Of a stretch of DNA of 24,000 bases, positions 16,636-24,000 are shown one piece after another. A model generated the notes under the pieces. The model saw only the letters and a program-made list of their open reading frames with translations, was not told where the DNA came from and did no database searches. Where the stretch lies: positions 19,895 to 43,894 of the forward strand of contig CAZUOQ010000007.1 of NCBI GenBank assembly GCA_964622195.1, written 5' to 3'. Every line of letters starts with the position of its first letter. Position 1 is the first letter of the stretch. The DNA comes from an uncultured Methylotenera sp. GTDB lineage: Bacteria; Pseudomonadota; Gammaproteobacteria; Burkholderiales; Methylophilaceae. The position numbers and the translations under genes are program-made.

Positions 16636-17301
16636 TTACTTTTTCTCTGCAATTTTCTTCAGCAAATCGTTGATCTCTTTTTTGCGCCCTTCATCTGCAA
16701 TTTCACGACCTTCTCTAGCCGGTGCCTGCAATGCTTTTCTAAGTACTTTTTCAGCTTTGGATGCGTCACCGGTTTTGTAAAGATAGTCACCGTAAAAATA
16801 GTTCGAATCAATGCCGTCTGGATTAAGTTCCAGCCCTTTTGTCAGATATTCCTTGGCTTTGTCATTGTCACCAAAAGAGATTGGCCATGATGGCACTTGG
16901 TAATATAAAGAACCCAAGCTTGTATAAGCTGAACCATGTGCAGCATTTGGGTTGATTTTAATGGCTTCATCAAAACTCTTTTTTGCATTTTTAACTAGAG
17001 ATAATGCTGCCAATTGACCACTGATGCCGTTTCTTACCCCGGCAAATGTGGCTTCAATAATGCCTTGCCAAATCAGGGGTTCGGCTTTATCTGGATATTG
17101 TGCGGTTACTGATTTTGATTGTTCCAATAATTCTTCAAAGCCCTTCTCTTGTGAGGAGGCGGGTGTTTGATATTTGAGTTTTTCCCAGGATTTCTGTAAT
17201 TGAATAATATCTTCGTTCATGCCGGCAAATGCGGCATTTGAAAAAGATAAGAAAACAAGCATGAAGCTTAATAATGTTTTTCTGACAATATTCATGACCA
17301 T
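16636..17301 (-). CDS. Exported tetratricopeptide-repeat (TPR) protein
   Basis: I prefer the internal ATGs at 17301 or 17295 (M-V-MNIVRKTLLSFMLVFLSFSNAAFA signal peptide, preceded by aaagaga) over the TTG at 17346 used in the ORF track. TPR-like helices include AKKSFDEAIKINPNAAHG, AKEYLTKGLELNPDG and YFYGDYLYKTGDASKAEKVLRKAL. It ends 6 nt before the DUF2141 gene starts. Confidence 0.75.
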   Translation of the reverse strand: MVMNIVRKTLLSFMLVFLSFSNAAFAGMNEDIIQLQKSWEKLKYQTPASSQEKGFEELLEQSKSVTAQYPDKAEPLIWQGIIEATFAGVRNGISGQLAALSLVKNAKKSFDEAIKINPNAAHGSAYTSLGSLYYQVPSWPISFGDNDKAKEYLTKGLELNPDGIDSNYFYGDYLYKTGDASKAEKVLRKALQAPAREGREIADEGRKKEINDLLKKIAEKK

Positions 17302-17556
17302 CTCTTTAAATGATAAACAAAGTACATCAATCAAATAGCGTGCCAATCATCTGTAACGCCAATATCTAAAATAAGCGCTCTATTTATTTATTTAAAACAA
17401 TGGTTTATAGATATTTCGCGATAAAAATAATTTCAATTTAATTTTCTACCTTCGCATGTATACATTTTTTGCACGGTTGAGTGTGCAAACTTTGAAATGG
17501 AACCTGCTCCCAGGTTGCAAACTATAGCTTTGCAAACAATAAATTATCAGCAGGCT

Positions 17557-19038
17557 TTATGTACCGCAAAAAGTTTTGTAATCATTATCAAATCCCGGTT
17601 GCGGTGCCTGCATGAATTCGGCGTATTGTGCGGGCGGGCTAAAGGGTTTTGAAATGGCAGCTAGTAGTTTTTGCAGTGGCTGTAAATCATCGTGATCAAC
17701 GGCTGCGTTCAGTGCATCTTCAACCAAATGATTGCGCGGAATAATCGCCGGGTTGGTTTGTTCCATCAAGCCTATGCTTTGTTCAATCGTTTCAGCCTGT
17801 CTGGAAAGCCTTGCTTCCCATTGCTGCATCCAGTTTTTGAACCCGGCATCATGGTAAATTTCCATTGTTTTTAACGAGTCTTTTCCTAATGCCCTGAATG
17901 TATTGGTGTAATCAGCCTTGTGTTTCTGCATATACATTAACAGATCTTCTGCCAGCTTTAAATCATCTGCCTCTGTATTAAACAGGCCCATCTTTTTACG
18001 CATGCCCGTAAGCCAGTAATCTAAAAATTTGGCCGGAAATTTCCCAAGTAAATCTTCTGCAATAACAATAGATTGGCCTTCATCTGCGTGTAACAGCGGT
18101 AACAGTGCTTCAGCGAAGCGATATAAGTTCCAGTGCGCTATTGGCGCCTGATTGCCGAACGCATAGCGTCCCTTGCTATCAATCGAACTGAATACAGTAG
18201 CAGGGTCGTAACTGTTCATAAAAGCGCATGGGCCATAATCAATAGTTTCCCCACAAATACTCATGTTATCTGTATTCATTACGCCGTGGATAAAACCAAC
18301 CTGCATCCATTGGGATATAAGCGCTGCCTGTAAATCGATTACTTTTTCCAATAGTTGTGCATATTTATTTTCCGTCACAGCAATTTCCGGAAAATGTCGA
18401 TTTATCGTGTAATCGGCTAATTCGGTTAATGCCTCATGATTTTGAATGGCAGATGCAAACTGAAAAGTTCCAACTCTGATGTGGCTGGCTGCAACGCGGG
18501 TTAATATGGCTCCCGGATAAGCATCATCGCGATAGACAGTTTCACCTGTTTTTACAATCGCTAAACTCCTTGTGGTGGGAATGCCGAGTGCATACATCGC
18601 TTCGCTGATAATGTACTCTCGCAACATAGGGCCCAGCGCTGCGCGTCCATCGCCCGAACGAGAGTATGCGGTCCTTCCGGAACCTTTCAGTTGAATATCG
18701 ACGCGTTTGTTTTGCGGCGTGATGTGCTCACCCAGTAATATGGCGCGGCCATCTCCCAGAATATTGAAGCCACCGAATTGATGGCCGGCATAAGCCTGGG
18801 CAATTGGTTCTGCGGCTATATATACTGAATTGCCGCTGAGAAATTCGGCACCCTCTTTCTCAAGAATCTCTGGGTCTAATCCTAAAGTTTTGGCTAATGG
18901 CTTGTTGATTAACAATAGACTAGGATTTTTAACCTTTTCTGGCTGTTGCTTCTGGTAGAGAACTGATGGCAGTTGTGTATAGCTGTTATCGAACTTGAAG
19001 CCGGAATGTCCCGATTTGAATTGCGCAGGTGTTTTCAT
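17557..19038 (-). CDS. selO: Protein adenylyltransferase SelO (YdiU/UPF0061 family pseudokinase-fold AMPylase)
   Basis: 493 aa with strongly conserved family blocks: AQAYAGHQFGGF, LGDGRAILLGE, LKGSGRTAYSRSGDGRAALGPMLREYIISEAM, HIRVGTFQ, GFIHGVMNTDNMSICGETIDYGPCAFM and IIPRNHLVE. Confidence 0.93.
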   Translation of the reverse strand: MKTPAQFKSGHSGFKFDNSYTQLPSVLYQKQQPEKVKNPSLLLINKPLAKTLGLDPEILEKEGAEFLSGNSVYIAAEPIAQAYAGHQFGGFNILGDGRAILLGEHITPQNKRVDIQLKGSGRTAYSRSGDGRAALGPMLREYIISEAMYALGIPTTRSLAIVKTGETVYRDDAYPGAILTRVAASHIRVGTFQFASAIQNHEALTELADYTINRHFPEIAVTENKYAQLLEKVIDLQAALISQWMQVGFIHGVMNTDNMSICGETIDYGPCAFMNSYDPATVFSSIDSKGRYAFGNQAPIAHWNLYRFAEALLPLLHADEGQSIVIAEDLLGKFPAKFLDYWLTGMRKKMGLFNTEADDLKLAEDLLMYMQKHKADYTNTFRALGKDSLKTMEIYHDAGFKNWMQQWEARLSRQAETIEQSIGLMEQTNPAIIPRNHLVEDALNAAVDHDDLQPLQKLLAAISKPFSPPAQYAEFMQAPQPGFDNDYKTFCGT

Positions 19039-19183
19039 CTTTAAAATTGTTTACTAAATTAGTAGGATATTAAGCAAATAAAAACGTGCTAGCAACTAAA
19101 TTTATATCAAGGCGTTCAGGAAACTTATCAGCGTTGGTACGCGTTGAATGCATGAATGGTGGGCAAAATGATGATAACAACTG

Positions 19184-19245
19184 AAAAAATATGAAAACTA
19201 TAGGCGATGCAGGATTTCTAATTTCATCGTAAGCATCGCCTATAG
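19184..19245 (-). terminator. Probable rho-independent terminator downstream of the LuxR-type regulator gene
   Basis: The 13-bp stem is ctataggcgatgc (19198-19210) / gcatcgcctatag (19233-19245). On the minus strand it is followed by ttttcatatttttt, the complement of 19184-19197. The loop is long at 22 nt. Confidence 0.5.
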
Positions 19246-19298
19246 TAGTATAGGAAGCGATAGTATAGGAAACAACTCTGGAAAGCTGTAATTACCGG

Positions 19299-20018
19299 TT
19301 ACTGTGTTCTACGTTCATACATTATTGGAATAATATTTTTTCGTCTTTCCATACTGGGTGAATGTTCAAGCACCAGCTTTATCAGCTCAGCCTGACGACG
19401 CGTTCCGGTTTTCGCTAATATATCTTTAATCTGGCTATAAGCCGTGTTGATCGAAATGCCGTACTTGGCGGAGTATTCTGCTGCGGTCATACCATTGGTG
19501 ATTGCCAGCGTCAGGCGGGCCTCTGCTTTAGTTAATCCGAAAATTCGGGCTACATCAACTGATGATTGCTCATTATTCAAATTCGATTCAAAAATGAACA
19601 TGACGACTCCGGATGCATCTATGCCAAATGCGGATTTTTCGAGTCGCTGCAGCATCACACTATTTTTTTCGTCTCTGATAGTAACGTTAAGGTGAATTTC
19701 ATTGGCACCTTGGTTATTCAGTAACATATCTATTGCAGTTCGGAGTTCAGTTTGTGATTGCCAGCTAAAGCATTCTTCAATAAGGTCATCACCCATAAGA
19801 ATAAACTCTTCCGGCAGTTTCAGTTTAATTCTTGCGAGTTCGTTAAGATGGCTCAGATTGCTGTTGTTATCAAAAAAAACCAGCCCGACACCAAAAACAG
19901 AATAAGCATGATCCAGTGCAGAATTTAGCGCATAAACCTTACTGACTTCACTTACAGAACATTGCCCGCAAAAGCAGGTTCTGCACCTTTCTATAGGCAC
20001 AGCTTTCATCATATTCAT
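19299..20018 (-). CDS. LuxR/GerE-family transcriptional regulator with an uncharacterised N-terminal domain and a Cys4 motif
   Basis: The C-terminal HTH reads LTKAEARLTLAITNGMTAAEYSAKYGISINTAYSQIKDILAKTGTRRQAELIKLV. The N-terminus carries CRTCFCGQC (19959-19985). The middle 150 aa is PAS-like or unknown, and there is no receiver domain. Confidence 0.85.
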   Translation of the reverse strand: MNMMKAVPIERCRTCFCGQCSVSEVSKVYALNSALDHAYSVFGVGLVFFDNNSNLSHLNELARIKLKLPEEFILMGDDLIEECFSWQSQTELRTAIDMLLNNQGANEIHLNVTIRDEKNSVMLQRLEKSAFGIDASGVVMFIFESNLNNEQSSVDVARIFGLTKAEARLTLAITNGMTAAEYSAKYGISINTAYSQIKDILAKTGTRRQAELIKLVLEHSPSMERRKNIIPIMYERRTQ

Positions 20019-20226
20019 TTAGATTCTCCCCTAAGTTTTTATATATTTTTTTATTATTGACTATAACAATTTAGTCTTTTGTTTTTTTATGGAAACTAAC
20101 AGAGATAAACCCTCAAGACAATCACCCTTTTGGGGGTGTGGTATTGAGGGTGATGCAATTAATCTAAATAATGAAGGGTGTGATAATCGGGGTTGATGAT
20201 ATTTGGATCATAAATGTGATGCGGTG

Positions 20227-21213
20227 TTAAGGTGCGGAGCAAGTGCCGCCACCACTCGATATGACTGACTGTGTGCCATTGAGCATGACGTGACTGGATT
20301 CTCCGGCACGCAATCTTATGGTGCTGGTAGCGCTTTGTACGCTAACCTCACCTGAGATTACTTTTGTATAAGTACCAGCATCAAGTGCGCCTTCTTGTTG
20401 CAGCAGATGTGTTATCAAAAAGTCGGTGCCAATGACTCGAATGGTAGATGCTGGAGTACGGAAACTGTATTTTTGCGGATTAAGTTTTGATATTTTTCCG
20501 GATACAGAGCGAATATCACCTTTTTCCAGCGTAATTAAACTCCGGTTTGCATCTGGCTGCTGCGCTGAATAGTTGTAATCAAGCAGGCTTATTTGTGTGT
20601 CTTTGAGTACATATAGCATCGCGCCATCTGCAAACAGGATTTTTGCTTTAGCATCTTGTTTGGTGGTAATTTTATCGCCGGCACAAATTTCATCGCCACT
20701 TGCTAGTTGAATTTTTTGTTGGGAGCCGTCTTCTACGGTTACAACGCCATTTACATTGATTAGCGTACCGGCTGCCATGATACCTGTGCCGCCAATTCCA
20801 CCTTGATGGGTGGTGGATTCATGGCCGGTGCCACCAATACCTCCGGGGGGTATTGTCGGTTCGTGGCCGGTGCCAGCGATGCCGCTATTGTCACTGGTGC
20901 GGATTGAGTGGTTGTGTTCTGTGCCACCAATGCCCCCGGGCGGGATGGTTGTGTCATGGCCGGTGCCAGCGATGCCACTATTGTCACTGGTGCGGATTGC
21001 ATGGTCGTGTTCTGTGCCGCCGATGCCGCCTGGCGGTATGGTAGTTTCGTGCCCAGTGCCGCCGATTCCGCCAGTTGAGATGGGGTCTTGATTGAGAATA
21101 GACGATTTAACAGCACTGCAAGTGCGTGCGACGTGAGCGGCTGCAAACGATAAGCCAGGATAGCTCAGGATCAGTGAGAACGATATTGCCAGCGATAGGT
21201 GACGTAGGCGCAT
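20227..21213 (-). CDS. Exported FecR-domain protein with an N-terminal His/Gly-rich tandem-repeat array
   Basis: The signal peptide is MRLRHLSLAISFSLILSYPGLSFA. Residues 48-144 form a repeat array (GI[GA]GT[GE]H x6, with a 31-aa unit IPPGGIGGTEHDHAIRTSDNSGIAGTGHDTT). A FecR-like beta domain follows (GDEICAGDKITTKQDAKAKILFADGAMLYVLKDTQISL ... STIRVIGTDFLI). There is no transmembrane anchor. The start lies 6 nt after the upstream gene's stop. Confidence 0.75.
   Translation of the reverse strand: MRLRHLSLAISFSLILSYPGLSFAAAHVARTCSAVKSSILNQDPISTGGIGGTGHETTIPPGGIGGTEHDHAIRTSDNSGIAGTGHDTTIPPGGIGGTEHNHSIRTSDNSGIAGTGHEPTIPPGGIGGTGHESTTHQGGIGGTGIMAAGTLINVNGVVTVEDGSQQKIQLASGDEICAGDKITTKQDAKAKILFADGAMLYVLKDTQISLLDYNYSAQQPDANRSLITLEKGDIRSVSGKISKLNPQKYSFRTPASTIRVIGTDFLITHLLQQEGALDAGTYTKVISGEVSVQSATSTIRLRAGESSHVMLNGTQSVISSGGGTCSAP
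20782..21072 (-). repeat. Coding tandem repeat with a 93-bp period (about 3.3 copies) inside the FecR-domain gene
   Basis: ggccggtgccagcgatgcc[g/a]ctattgtcactggtgcggattg occurs at 20865 and again at 20958, an offset of exactly 93 bp. The two full units encode 31 aa and differ at 4 residues. Partial units flank them. Confidence 0.9.
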
Positions 21214-21219
21214 TAAAAT

Positions 21220-22062
21220 CTATCCGTTAGATTCGTCTTTTTTATCTTCAGTCTGGCTGCGGCTACTGTAGAAGAAAGTGCCGAAATGGACTCTGAACTC
21301 AGGCCTGCCAGCTTCGTTGTAATGCTTCTCTTTGTGCTGTATTGCTTGGTTGTTGATTTGTTTTAATGCATGCATGGCAGCTTTTCTGGCGGCAGCGGCA
21401 ATTGCCTTTACATCCTCTTCAGTCAAGCCTTCATGCCAGACAAAGCGGTCAAGGAAAGGTGGCTCACCACCATACAGATTGTGCTCTGCTGCCGAGATAT
21501 GGTCATGTATGTTTTGACCAAAGAAATGCGCCTTTTCATCCAGATCATCGGCCGGAATCAGAGATTCGACAATTAAATGCACCATGCCGTCATCTGTAAG
21601 TTTTACTATGCCGCGGTTTATGCATTCATCCATTAATGCCCGCGGGTGAATATCATTAGTTAAGCTTTCAGCCAATGAGAAAAATGAAATCTTATGATCC
21701 GAGTGAGGGTTTCTGGGAATAGGTTTAGGCTCACCGTGCTGATCGACCAAGTCCGGTGTGCCCAGCCATTGCGCAATCAAGTTTGCAATTAAACCTTGTT
21801 GCCGTCCCGCAGTTTTTTCTGGAGCTCGTCCTAACAGCCGACGCACATCCTTACGGTGAACTCCTGTGAGCAATGCAATTCTGCTGTCTGTTTGTGATTT
21901 TCCATTGACTTTGAATTCATCTTTTGCAACAGAAACAAAAGCAGCTTTAAGCATTTCCGACAGGTTGCGGTGATCGATCCCGAAGTGAATGCACAATCTG
22001 GCAATTGGCTTGAGGCAATGCTCAAGTGCGCTAACTATGGATGATGGAGTTTCTATTGACAT
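21220..22062 (-). CDS. Conserved hypothetical cytoplasmic protein with an N-terminal HTH-like segment (resembles the family I recall as DUF6502)
   Basis: 280-aa ORF with no signal peptide. The N-terminus LKPIARLCIHFGIDHRNLSEMLKAAFVSVAKDEF...DSRIALLTGVHRKDVRRLL looks like a helix-turn-helix module. It is co-oriented and nearly abutting with the FecR-domain gene. The family name comes from memory and is unverified. Confidence 0.6.
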   Translation of the reverse strand: MSIETPSSIVSALEHCLKPIARLCIHFGIDHRNLSEMLKAAFVSVAKDEFKVNGKSQTDSRIALLTGVHRKDVRRLLGRAPEKTAGRQQGLIANLIAQWLGTPDLVDQHGEPKPIPRNPHSDHKISFFSLAESLTNDIHPRALMDECINRGIVKLTDDGMVHLIVESLIPADDLDEKAHFFGQNIHDHISAAEHNLYGGEPPFLDRFVWHEGLTEEDVKAIAAAARKAAMHALKQINNQAIQHKEKHYNEAGRPEFRVHFGTFFYSSRSQTEDKKDESNG

Positions 22063-22233
22063 GGTGATTTGTAAGTCGTTCCGATATTTAGTTTAGCTCT
22101 TCAGTACATACAAATGTTCTTAAGAACATTATTACACAAAAAAATCAAATGCGGTATTTTTTCCCGTTATTTTTTAAATTAATTTTGGATCGATCATTTT
22201 AGTGTGCTTAACATTAATTTACAAAAAATAAAT

Positions 22234-22261
22234 TTGACAATGTAAATGGAGGTGCTACTAT
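22234..22261 (+). promoter_or_regulatory. Candidate sigma70 promoter for the 22325 ORF
   Basis: TTGACA (22234-22239), a 16-nt spacer, then tactat (22256-22261). It lies in the AT-rich divergent intergenic region about 65 nt upstream of the ATG. Confidence 0.4.
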
Positions 22262-22324
22262 TTTATTTAAGTGGGAAAAAATCCCGTTTAATTTAAAGAA
22301 ACCATTAAGTCATGGGGCGTCATT

Positions 22325-22660
22325 ATGAGAATCAAGTATCTGAATAATTTAGCAGAAATCATCGTCAGCATAGATGAGGGTAAAAATATTACTGATGCAA
22401 ATATCGTGAGCTTTACTGATAGGGGGCTTCGGTTAATCGGGCAAATGAAACGGTTGGGGCTGGATATTGGAACCTTGCAGGAAACTATGGCTGGCATGCA
22501 GATGATGTGTGGTAACCGGGCTGCACTGACTGAGTTGATCGATATGGCCCATGAAGAAATTTCGCGTCTTTTGGGAAGTGATGCCTGGCGTGTTTATGGT
22601 TGTGATGAGGGTGGTTGGTTTTATCAGGACTGTAAGGTTTGTGAAAGAGCAGCAGCTTAA
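22325..22660 (+). CDS. Hypothetical small protein (111 aa) with a C-terminal Cys cluster
   Basis: The ORF is transcribed divergently from the HTH-like/FecR operon. I recognise no family. The C-terminus has C-x9-C-x2-C (GCDEGGWFYQDCKVC). Coding status rests only on ORF length and position. Confidence 0.45.
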   Translation: MRIKYLNNLAEIIVSIDEGKNITDANIVSFTDRGLRLIGQMKRLGLDIGTLQETMAGMQMMCGNRAALTELIDMAHEEISRLLGSDAWRVYGCDEGGWFYQDCKVCERAAA

Positions 22661-22991
22661 CGCTTTTGCATATGAGCTTTAGGCTGGCGTCTATCGTTTA
22701 AGGTAAGTGCTTTTTTTATTTGATTGTTATCAGTTGCTTGGGAAGCTGAAATTGAAATTTAGTTGAATTTGTCACCAATATTGATGATGACGCTCAATAG
22801 TGTAAGCAATGATAATCAGCGTGTGAAATTTTTTGGATTAAATCTTACGGCTGTAGTTTAAATAGGCGGGTAACTAAAATGAAATTTGACCGTGATGGAT
22901 TTGTCGAGGCGCTTGCATCGTGGATGCGTTGGCGCGGACACTCTATACCGCATAACATGCTGTCACAGCGATTCCCCTTGCCTGGTGGTGA

Positions 22992-23957
22992 GGTTACCAG
23001 TTCGGCGTTTCGCTGAACATCAACAGCCCTTTGAAAATCGGTGATCAGCTCGCTATCCGTACCGTGGGCAGCAATGGTGATCTGTTATATGGGCGTCTTT
23101 CTTATCAGATGCCGGTAGGCGCTGACGGTTTGCGTATCGGCGCTGCCTATTCACATAATCATTACCAGTTAGGCCGCGAGTTCAAGTCGCTGGATGCGTA
23201 TGGCAGCAGCGAAACCGTCAGCCTGTTTGCGACTTATCCCTTGCTGTTAAGCCAGACCGGTACATTGTTTGGCACACTCGCCTATGAAAACAAAAAACTG
23301 CATGATCGCATGGACAGTGTATTAACTAATACGGAAAAACAGGTGCAGCTCATGAGCCTCGGTGTAAGCGGCGAGTCTCATGATATGGTCAATGGCGGTG
23401 GGCGAACCATGTTTGATGCATCGTTGTATGCCGGTCATCTGAATATGGATGCTACAGCGCGTATGCAGGATGATTCAAGTGCACGCAGCAGCGGCGACTT
23501 TGTTAAAGCGGCTTACATGGTCAACCGCCTGCAACGTATTACTGACCAGGATACGCTGTCGATGATACTTTCCGGTCAATGGGCGGCGAACAACCTTAAC
23601 TCTTCCGAAAAGTACAGCCTGGGGGGCGTCTATGGGATACGCGCTTACCCCCAGGGTGAGGCCAGTGGTGATATGGGCGCTATGCTTAAGCTTGAACTGG
23701 CTCACCATTTCACGCCGCAGCTGAGAGGAACAGTGTTTTATGATTATGGGCACATCAGAATTAATCAGGATGATTTTTCGGAAGCTGATAATACACGTAC
23801 CCTGTCCGGCGCAGGACTGGGGTTTAATGCGGCACTTGCGGGCTGGCAATTGGATAGTTATGTGGCATGGCCGCTGCAGGGCGGTGACCCATTATCTGAA
23901 CCGGAGTCATCAGTGCATACGCCGCGGCTATGGATGCAGATGTCCGGGGATTTTTGA
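22992..23957 (+). pseudogene. ShlB/FhaC/HecB-family two-partner-secretion outer-membrane transporter, 5'-truncated (beta-barrel part only)
   Basis: From a stop at 22989-22991 the frame reads GYQFGVSLNINSPLKIGDQLAIRTV..LLYGRLSYQMPVGADGLRIGAAYSHNHYQLG...KYSLGGVYGIRAYPQGEASGD...GAGLGFN, typical of the TpsB barrel. About 320 aa remain, whereas I recall full-length members being about 550 aa. There is no signal peptide or POTRA region. The first in-frame start is TTG 23031. Upstream sequence turns AT-rich and non-homologous. Confidence 0.8.
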
Positions 23958-24000
23958 GTGTATTTTGCGCTGGCCAGCGGTAAACCTTGCGCTGCGGGCA

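Noticed and set aside
17471-17486. Small hairpin ttgcac-N8-gtgcaa, and the aacctg-ctcc-caggtt hairpin at 17501-17516, as a selO terminator
   Set aside because: The stems are only 6 bp and are not followed by a U-tract on the transcribed (minus) strand. They are too weak to call.
17498-17519. Sigma54-like promoter string tggaac...ttgca
   Set aside because: The GG and GC elements are separated by 16 nt instead of the canonical 10. The element also points along the plus strand, where there is no downstream gene.
20782-21072. Possibility that the regularly spaced repeats are a CRISPR array
   Set aside because: The repeats are contiguous with no unique spacers. The period is 93 bp, in-frame within a protein-coding gene, and no cas genes are present.
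20760-21146. ORFs 20760-21146 (-), 20810-21091 (+) and 20853-21044 (+) overlapping the tandem repeat
   Set aside because: They are artefacts of the GC-rich 93-bp repeat, which is open in several frames. Only the 20227-21213 frame has a signal peptide and a downstream folded domain.
22879-23015. 45-codon ORF (MKFDRDGFVEALASWMRWRGH...) just upstream of the truncated transporter
   Set aside because: It is too short, has no recognisable motif or good RBS, and sits at the presumed deletion junction. I treat it as junction debris rather than a gene.
23959-24000. Possible GTG start of a further gene overlapping the transporter stop
   Set aside because: Only 14 codons are visible before the window ends, so it cannot be supported.

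Overview
The window looks like chromosomal DNA from a Gram-negative bacterium, probably a beta- or gammaproteobacterium of moderate to low GC. That assignment is my impression from the protein families; no search was run. Most genes relate to the cell envelope or to signalling.

Gene content, left to right:
- 1-5340 (+): a tightly coupled three-gene signalling operon. It encodes a 5'-truncated multi-PAS/GAF hybrid histidine kinase, a soluble receiver-fused HisKA_3 kinase and a NarL/LuxR-type response regulator.
- 5618-8891 (+): a YadA-type trimeric autotransporter adhesin split by a single-base frameshift near 6272. It is followed by a BamE(SmpA/OmlA)+OmpA_C lipoprotein with the TpgA-like architecture.
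- 9063-13472 (+): a four-gene Csu/spore-coat-U type (archaic) chaperone-usher pilus operon.
- 13473-14392: an AT-rich gap holding one orphan small ORF.
- 14393-19038 (-): an EptA/MCR-family phosphoethanolamine transferase, a DUF2141 protein, an exported TPR protein and SelO/YdiU.
- 19299-23957: the least explained region and my best candidate for an undescribed system. It holds a LuxR-type regulator with an N-terminal Cys4 motif and a two-gene operon. That operon encodes a cytoplasmic HTH-like protein and an exported FecR-domain protein with a 93-bp (31-aa) His/Gly-rich tandem repeat. The region also has a divergent small Cys-containing ORF and a 5'-truncated ShlB/FhaC-type outer-membrane transporter remnant.

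I saw no rRNA, tRNA, CRISPR array, transposase or integrase. All functional calls rest on motif recognition by eye. No database searches were run.
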